Source: an uncultured virus (IMG/VR IMGVR_UViG_3300031851_003771) (taxonomy: Duplodnaviria; Heunggongvirae; Uroviricota; Caudoviricetes). Taken from it: DNA of 64,000 nt. Numbering within the stretch: the stretch's first letter is position 1; every line of letters begins with the position of its first letter. The DNA lies in IMG/VR virus record IMGVR_UViG_3300031851_003771; one strand, 5' to 3'. This document shows, piece after piece, positions 58,816 to 64,000 of the stretch. The notes under the pieces are model-generated. The model was not told the origin of the DNA, made no database searches, and was given only the letters and a program-made list of their open reading frames with translations. The position numbers and the translations under genes were made by a program.

Positions 58816-59859
58816 CTATTTGTTTGCTTGTCTACTTCTAATCATTGATAATATATCATCTGCTGATACTTTACTTCCTTGACTAGTTGCAGGCTCACTT
58901 GCTGTTGCTGTTACTGTTTCAGTAACTTCAACTTTTGCAGGTTCAGGAGTTGGTTGAACCGTTTGTGCTACTGGTGTTGCCACCGGTGTTGCTGTTGCCA
59001 CAGGAGTTGTTTCTGCTACAGGTGTTGTAGCTGTCGCAACTGGTGTAGCTGGAGCTCTGTTGTTTGATCCAACATTTAATCCGGCCGGCTTATAGTATTG
59101 GCCAAATCTTTCTGGATCATACAACTCACCATCAACTGATGCTTTAAACATCTCTTGGATTATGTTAAGCTCTTCTGCAGAAGGTTTCTTCGGCATAAAG
59201 TCACTTAAATTATGTAAGCCATATTGGTCCATTGCTGACCTTTCTGACTCACCCAATGATCTTGCTTTAAACGACCAAGTCGATGTTGAATAATCAGCAT
59301 ACTGACCTTTTGTAGTTTTCGTTAATTTGAAATCTCTACCTGACTCTAAATCAGTTGGTAGATCTTCCATATCAGGATTCATCAATGCTGATCTGATAAT
59401 GTTAAAGACTGAAGGATTAATTACAAATCTTCTAATTGGGTTTTCTGGAGTTGTGTCTTCATCTAATGTAGAGTTGACCACAAACCCTTGGAAAATGTAA
59501 CTTCTTTTTTTCCAATACTTTCTACCCATATCTTCCAGTGCAGGATCTTTAAACCAAGTTCTTACTTCTGCAAGTACCGGACAAGGTTCATTAAACATTT
59601 CCATACAAGGTACTTGTACTAGAGTTGGCTTTGTATCTGCCGCTCCTTTGATACCTGGAAATGGTAATTTGATCATTGCTCTTTCTACCCAAAAGAACGT
59701 GTTGTTCTCATCTGAGTCAGGTAAAAATCTTAATGTTGATGTTGTTCCTTCTGGAATGTTCCAAAATGGAAATATTGCGTTGTCTGAAACTGTTCCCCCA
59801 CCTGAGGTTTTCTTTTCTTGTTCCGCCAGTTTTGCACGGATTTCTTGTAGTGTTGCCAT
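58816..59859 (-). CDS. Single-stranded DNA-binding protein (T4 gp32-like)
   Basis: LRFLPD, CME...CPV, KYWKKRSY, YADYSTS, low-complexity tail. Confidence 0.9.
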   Translation of the reverse strand: MATLQEIRAKLAEQEKKTSGGGTVSDNAIFPFWNIPEGTTSTLRFLPDSDENNTFFWVERAMIKLPFPGIKGAADTKPTLVQVPCMEMFNEPCPVLAEVRTWFKDPALEDMGRKYWKKRSYIFQGFVVNSTLDEDTTPENPIRRFVINPSVFNIIRSALMNPDMEDLPTDLESGRDFKLTKTTKGQYADYSTSTWSFKARSLGESERSAMDQYGLHNLSDFMPKKPSAEELNIIQEMFKASVDGELYDPERFGQYYKPAGLNVGSNNRAPATPVATATTPVAETTPVATATPVATPVAQTVQPTPEPAKVEVTETVTATASEPATSQGSKVSADDILSMIRSRQANK

Positions 59860-59925
59860 TGTTAGCCTCCTATGTGCCTATGTTAGCATATGTTTGTTAA
59901 TGTTTGCCTATGTTTGCCTGTTAGT
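59860..59925 (-). repeat. Imperfect tandem repeats (AGGCWAACAT-like) in ssb leader
   Basis: CTAACAGGCAAACATAGGCAAACATTAACAAACATATGCTAACATAGGCACATAGGAGGCTAACA. Confidence 0.8.
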
Positions 59926-59954
59926 AATTAATATTATTTCTAACATTAACTACA

Positions 59955-59983
59955 AGTATATTTATCTTTTATTAATTTGTCAA
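59955..59983 (-). promoter_or_regulatory. Overlapping sigma70 and late-type promoter for ssb
   Basis: TTGACA-17-TATACT with embedded ATAAATA. Confidence 0.7.
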
Positions 59984-60002
59984 GTATTTTTTTTAGAAAA
60001 TC

Positions 60003-60044
60003 ACAGGAATCAACAGAAAAATATTAGAAACTGTTGATTCCTGT
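60003..60044. terminator. 14-bp perfect inverted repeat, probable terminator of the micro-ORF operon
   Basis: ACAGGAATCAACAG-N14-CTGTTGATTCCTGT. Confidence 0.55.
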
Positions 60045-60056
60045 AGGTATTTTAAT

Positions 60057-60104
60057 TTATTTTCCAGATACCCAATCTTGCTCGTCATCTGTGTATGGCC
60101 ACAT
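60057..60104 (-). CDS. Micro-peptide MWPYTDDEQDWVSGK (15 aa)
   Basis: SD GGAGG; follows the stop of the upstream ORF. Confidence 0.5.
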   Translation of the reverse strand: MWPYTDDEQDWVSGK

Positions 60105-60105
60105 A

Positions 60106-60213
60106 TTATATCCCTCCACTGTATTTCATAACATTTAGAATCACAACACCTGCAAGTATTGACATCATAAATCCTATAACAACAACGGTTGTAATCATAT
60201 CTTTGAAATGCAT
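60106..60213 (-). CDS. 35-aa single-TM peptide
   Basis: TAATG coupling, SD GAGG, hydrophobic core. Confidence 0.6.
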   Translation of the reverse strand: MHFKDMITTVVVIGFMMSILAGVVILNVMKYSGGI

Positions 60214-60389
60214 TATTTGTCCTCTTTGTTGTTCAGCATCAACTTCTTTGCTTCTTCGTGAAGACCCATTACCGCCAATTGGTGAGCCGCTCTGGCTGTG
60301 CCAATAGCTTCACAGGTTGTAATCATTCTTGCGAACATCTTGTTTACTGATTCACAAAATGAACAGTAGTATAGTGTTATTGTACTCAT
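60213..60389 (-). CDS. 58-aa hypothetical protein
   Basis: MSTITLYYCSFCES...GTARAAHQLAVMGLHEEAKKLML; ATGA coupling. Confidence 0.65.
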   Translation of the reverse strand: MSTITLYYCSFCESVNKMFARMITTCEAIGTARAAHQLAVMGLHEEAKKLMLNNKEDK

Positions 60390-60556
60390 TTGTTAACGCC
60401 TTTTCTATCTTTGTTAGTTATTCTTGGCAATATGTGGTAGTAAGCATACTCCCATTCTTTACCGTACTCTGTTTTGGCCCACTGTAGCATCTGAGCTTCA
60501 GAAACACTTTTGCTTCTAAAGAAATCTGCAAGATGGGTCCATATGAAATTTGTCAT
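60386..60556 (-). CDS. 56-aa hypothetical protein
   Basis: SD AGGAG/AGGA; ...WAKTEYGKEWEYAY... Confidence 0.7.
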   Translation of the reverse strand: MTNFIWTHLADFFRSKSVSEAQMLQWAKTEYGKEWEYAYYHILPRITNKDRKGVNK

Positions 60557-60574
60557 ATCCTATCTCCTATATAA

Positions 60575-60745
60575 TTTAGATGCTTAAGGAAAGCAATACC
60601 CTGGTCTTTTCCAGTGTCAGTAGTCTTTGCTACCGTCAGTCTGTTGTAAGGCGTAGCCACCGCCCTGGTCTTTCCCTAGTGCCACTCTTTTTTTCTGAGC
60701 CGAGGTCGCTCTTGAATAAAAAAAACTGTTTTCTTATTCAATCTT
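60575..60745 (-). ncRNA. Candidate structured RNA / 5' leader with three NAAAGA-loop hairpins
   Basis: Locally GC-rich; repeats CACTAGGGAAAGACCAGGG / CACTGGAAAAGACCAGGG; GTAG-CAAAGA-CTAC; TATAAATA at 60745-60752. Confidence 0.6.
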
Positions 60746-60847
60746 ATTTATAAAATATACTATGAAATTGTGTCGTAGGTCGACATATTTTTTTGCAAGG
60801 CTGTCTTGCTTATTTGTAATGGATCGGATTGTTTATGATTCGATTAA

Positions 60848-63148
60848 TTAGATTTTGTAACTAATCAGTTCTTTCATTCTCGCAAGTTCTGGATTTGTTT
60901 GAGCTTGTGGATCAATCGCTTCTTCAGTTGATTCTCCTGCCATATCAGCCATTGCTAGTTTACTTTGCATAGCACCTAAACCTTCTTTTTCAAGTCTTGC
61001 AATATAATCTGCTACAGTTGATTTTGCGTATGAATCATCTTGCATATCGTGAAGTTTTTGTAAATCAGCTTTTGCTTCTTCATCACTAGATGCATCAGAA
61101 ATAATTTTTTCTGCGTCACCCATTGCTATATCAAAATCGTTTCCGCCTTCTTTGACTGATTCGTCTTCTAATCCAGCATTTCTTTTCATTATGTCAAGTT
61201 CACTATCTTCTGCTATTCCGTAATCGTCTTTTAGTTCGTCCATTAAACGCATTTCGATAGCTTCCATATCATCCTTTGGATGTAAGCCGTAATCGGCCAT
61301 AATATCATTCATTTTATCGTGTAAGTATGTAAACAATTCATCATTTTTGTAGTCGCTAGTAATATCATATAGTTTACTAAAATCTTCTTGTTGTGCAATT
61401 GGTCTTAATAGATTTGCATACTTGCTTTTTAATGCATCTCTTTTAGCAGGTGCATCAACATCAACCGCTTCTTCTTGTTTATTGCCCATAGCTTTTTTAA
61501 TTGCTTTGTCTTTGGCCGCCATATAATCAGCTGAATCTACTTTACCATCATTGTTATGATCTTTACCTTTAGCTTCTGTTTCCATTGCTTCATCCTTTTT
61601 CATTTGTGCTTGAAATTCTTTAGACATCTTAGCATATTCGTCAGCTGTTAGATCTCTTGGTGTTTTGTTATAATTATCTTTCAACCATTTTGTAAAATTT
61701 GTTTTTGGATCTTCTTCTTCATTTGTAGCGATTACGTCCGGAGAGAACATACCTAACATCTGATTAAAGTTTTCATCTAGTTGTTTAAATTCAGGTAACT
61801 CTGATTCTTTAACTTCTGACTCGTCAGTACCTGTCATTTTTGCGTTTGCTACTTGATCAGTTTTCGCTGTTTCAACTTGTTTGATTAGAGCTTTTACTTT
61901 TGCGTCATCTAATACTTTCATAATAACTTGTATATCATCTTTTCTGTACGGTGCCATATCACCGGCTTTCTCGGCCGCCTCACCGCCTGCAGGTTCTTTA
62001 TCAGAACCTTGTAACTTCGCCGCCATTCTATCAAGGTATACAGCTATCTCATCATCTTTTGCTAGTTTACCTACTAAATTTAATCTTGCGGCAATCTTTG
62101 TTCTATCGTTAATGAAACGTATTGGCATATCTGTGATGTCAATCGGTTTAGGTGGCATCATCTCAATTGGTTGAGATAGTTTATTTTGTACTGCACCTCT
62201 TAACTTGTCTAAAGTATTCTCTTCATCGTGTATTTCATTTATCATTGGAATCAACTCCTGAATTCTGTTATCCACATTAGTTACTGTGAACTTTTCTTTC
62301 ATACTGTTAATTGCATCTGGAGTTATCTCTGCATTCACTTTTGCTACAAAGTTTTCAGTATAATTTTTATAACCTTCCACTGATGTAATTCTTTTAATCA
62401 TTTCTCTTAATCTATCTTGCCTTACTAACATACTGCTCATCACTGATGCCGCTTGTTCTTGTACAGCTGGAGATCTTCTCATAATGGTTAAGACTTCTCT
62501 GATTTTGCTTAACTGTTCACTCATATTAATAACAGACTGTCCAACTTCATCGTATGGTGTTCCGCCTGACTGTACGTGACGTGTCATTGCTCTTGCACCA
62601 TTCAAGTGAATGAAAGGATATTTAAATCTTTCACCGTCTACATTCTCAATGTATAATGCTGAGATGTTTCTTGATCTTGAACCAGGAACTTCTTCGTTAA
62701 CTGGCTTACGGTGTTTGATTAATAATTTTGCGTTTTCTAACTTTTGCGAACTAGTTTTTACTGTTCCAACTAAACCGCTAAGGCTTTCTGTTTGTATATT
62801 GTCTGTCATAGTATTTGTATTTAACCTAAATGCATAATTTTTGGGCTTTATTTCTCTACCAAATTCTCTTAAATCAAAGTCTAATAGACTAGTTTTTGAT
62901 AAATTTCTTAATAAATCCACTATTTTTTGTATTTCATTAATATCTGATGGTCCTTTGTGCATCTTAATTTCACCATTCTTATCGTCTAAATTGACCATAA
63001 TGTTAGGATTTTGCACATAAAAAAACCTTGCCTGTTCAGGATTAGCAACTTCGCCACCCTCTTGATTATCAAACATTTTCAAAGATAACCCAGAGCCTTT
63101 TAATACTCTAAATATTTTTTCTGCTACTGATTGATAATTCACTGCCAT
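60848..63148 (-). CDS. Large hypothetical protein, probably head/core-associated
   Basis: TATAAATA upstream; next to terminase; acidic C-half with a DHNNDGKVD motif. Confidence 0.75.
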   Translation of the reverse strand: MAVNYQSVAEKIFRVLKGSGLSLKMFDNQEGGEVANPEQARFFYVQNPNIMVNLDDKNGEIKMHKGPSDINEIQKIVDLLRNLSKTSLLDFDLREFGREIKPKNYAFRLNTNTMTDNIQTESLSGLVGTVKTSSQKLENAKLLIKHRKPVNEEVPGSRSRNISALYIENVDGERFKYPFIHLNGARAMTRHVQSGGTPYDEVGQSVINMSEQLSKIREVLTIMRRSPAVQEQAASVMSSMLVRQDRLREMIKRITSVEGYKNYTENFVAKVNAEITPDAINSMKEKFTVTNVDNRIQELIPMINEIHDEENTLDKLRGAVQNKLSQPIEMMPPKPIDITDMPIRFINDRTKIAARLNLVGKLAKDDEIAVYLDRMAAKLQGSDKEPAGGEAAEKAGDMAPYRKDDIQVIMKVLDDAKVKALIKQVETAKTDQVANAKMTGTDESEVKESELPEFKQLDENFNQMLGMFSPDVIATNEEEDPKTNFTKWLKDNYNKTPRDLTADEYAKMSKEFQAQMKKDEAMETEAKGKDHNNDGKVDSADYMAAKDKAIKKAMGNKQEEAVDVDAPAKRDALKSKYANLLRPIAQQEDFSKLYDITSDYKNDELFTYLHDKMNDIMADYGLHPKDDMEAIEMRLMDELKDDYGIAEDSELDIMKRNAGLEDESVKEGGNDFDIAMGDAEKIISDASSDEEAKADLQKLHDMQDDSYAKSTVADYIARLEKEGLGAMQSKLAMADMAGESTEEAIDPQAQTNPELARMKELISYKI

Positions 63149-63166
63149 AGTATTATTTATACCTTT

Positions 63167-64000
63167 CTATATAATCATAGGCATTGGTGCATTACCTGGT
63201 GTATCATCATCAAGTTCATCACCTACTCCTAAACTTTTTTCAAATATTGGATCATATTTTGTTAGGTACTGTATTATTCTGCAACACAATAATGTTGCTG
63301 ATACTAGGTCATCATTTTCACCTACTTTTGCTGAATATGTGTTTCCACGTGCCACAAACAATTTTAATTCTCTAATCAAATTCCTACTGTTAAGAACCAT
63401 CTTACCACTTTCAACATAGTGTTTTAATTTAGTACAAGCTGTGATTTTAGCTTTGTGTGTGGTATTATATCCTTTACGTTTATGTGCATCTCTTCTTTGT
63501 TGACCAGCACGCCTAGGCTCGTGTAAAAAGAAACCAGGAAATCTAGATTCATCCATTTCTTCAATTGATATAATTGCACCTTCACCTAATGCATTATTCT
63601 CAACTGTCCAATATATTTCAGGTTGTGGTGTTCCGAGATCTATAAGTTGTTGGTTGAGGTCTTTTAAAATTCCTAATAATGTTCTTACTTGTCCTTGGAT
63701 TGGAGTTTTATTATGTTGCCATTCTGCTACTTGTTTTAATTCAGGCACACTATAAACTTGTATTGCCGCAAAGTCTCCGCCTGTACCTAAACTTGGATCA
63801 AGTGCCGCAACATATGTCTGACCTTTTTTAGGTTTTTCATACCAACGTACTTGTCCTGTCTTGTATAAAGGATCTTTTCCTGCAATTGATACTAATTTTA
63901 ATCCGTCAATTAGTGTTTCGTCAAATGCAATAAACTCGCAGTCGTGTTCACGTCTAAATCTTTCTTCACCTATTCTTGCACGTTCATCTTTAGCCCATTG
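63167..64000 (-). CDS. Terminase large subunit, C-terminal nuclease domain (partial; gp17-like)
   Basis: Frame open to window end: RFRREHDCEF, ALDPSLGTGGD, VENN, NDDLV. Confidence 0.9.
   Translation of the reverse strand, partial: QWAKDERARIGEERFRREHDCEFIAFDETLIDGLKLVSIAGKDPLYKTGQVRWYEKPKKGQTYVAALDPSLGTGGDFAAIQVYSVPELKQVAEWQHNKTPIQGQVRTLLGILKDLNQQLIDLGTPQPEIYWTVENNALGEGAIISIEEMDESRFPGFFLHEPRRAGQQRRDAHKRKGYNTTHKAKITACTKLKHYVESGKMVLNSRNLIRELKLFVARGNTYSAKVGENDDLVSATLLCCRIIQYLTKYDPIFEKSLGVGDELDDDTPGNAPMPMII

Noticed and set aside
58950..59050. TPVA-coding repeats in ssb
   Set aside because: Ordinary low-complexity linker in the SSB tail
60003..60044. Inverted repeat as a transposon/MITE end
   Set aside because: No transposase or target-site duplication; its position after an operon fits a terminator
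60095..60307. 70-aa plus-strand ORF
   Set aside because: Antisense to the coupled minus-strand micro-ORFs, which have SDs and start/stop overlaps
59860..60752. Short repeats considered as a CRISPR array
   Set aside because: No constant repeat with regular unique spacers, and no cas genes
3..63375. Numerous plus-strand ORFs in the track
   Set aside because: They are antisense shadows of well-supported minus-strand genes; only 52202-52576 occupies its own space
1..64000. Interpretation as a bacterial chromosome because of dnaK, clpXP, infC, rpsU, tRNAs and tmRNA
   Set aside because: These genes are interleaved with terminase, gp32, UvsX/Y/W, gp41, gp61, PAAR and TATAAATA late promoters, and lack their usual bacterial operon neighbours
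1..64000. Stop-codon reassignment
   Set aside because: Genes are full-length and tightly packed under the standard code; TAA, TAG and TGA all end genes; no suppressor tRNA seen

Overview
AT-rich segment of a large T4-like (Tevenvirinae-type) dsDNA phage, almost entirely encoded on the minus strand. The host is inferred to be a marine alphaproteobacterium (possibly SAR11-like), from the permuted two-piece tmRNA, the DnaK/NifU types and the low GC. From right to left (the direction of transcription) the window holds: terminase large subunit (partial); a structured RNA leader with four micro-ORFs; the gp32/UvsX/UvsY/UvsW recombination module; a miniature DnaE-like protein; primase, ThyX and helicase; putative head/core proteins; NrdAB; PAAR; tmRNA and three tRNAs. 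A large host-takeover block follows (SufE, ferredoxin, QueD, ClpX, IF3, bS21, APRT, MTA/SAH nucleosidase, DnaK, Hsp20, an ExbB-like trio, ClpS, NifU, SufT, ALDH, ClpP). It ends in an uninterrupted array of at least ten radical-SAM/twitch enzymes headed by a glycosyltransferase-like gene and a methyltransferase. The most notable signal is this array together with phage-encoded Fe-S assembly, an electron donor and 5'-deoxyadenosine salvage genes. Other notable items are a candidate preQ1-like riboswitch, ROSE-like thermometers, a candidate -1 frameshift, many apparently leaderless promoters and an unidentified structured RNA. All calls are by-eye motif recognition; no database searches were run.
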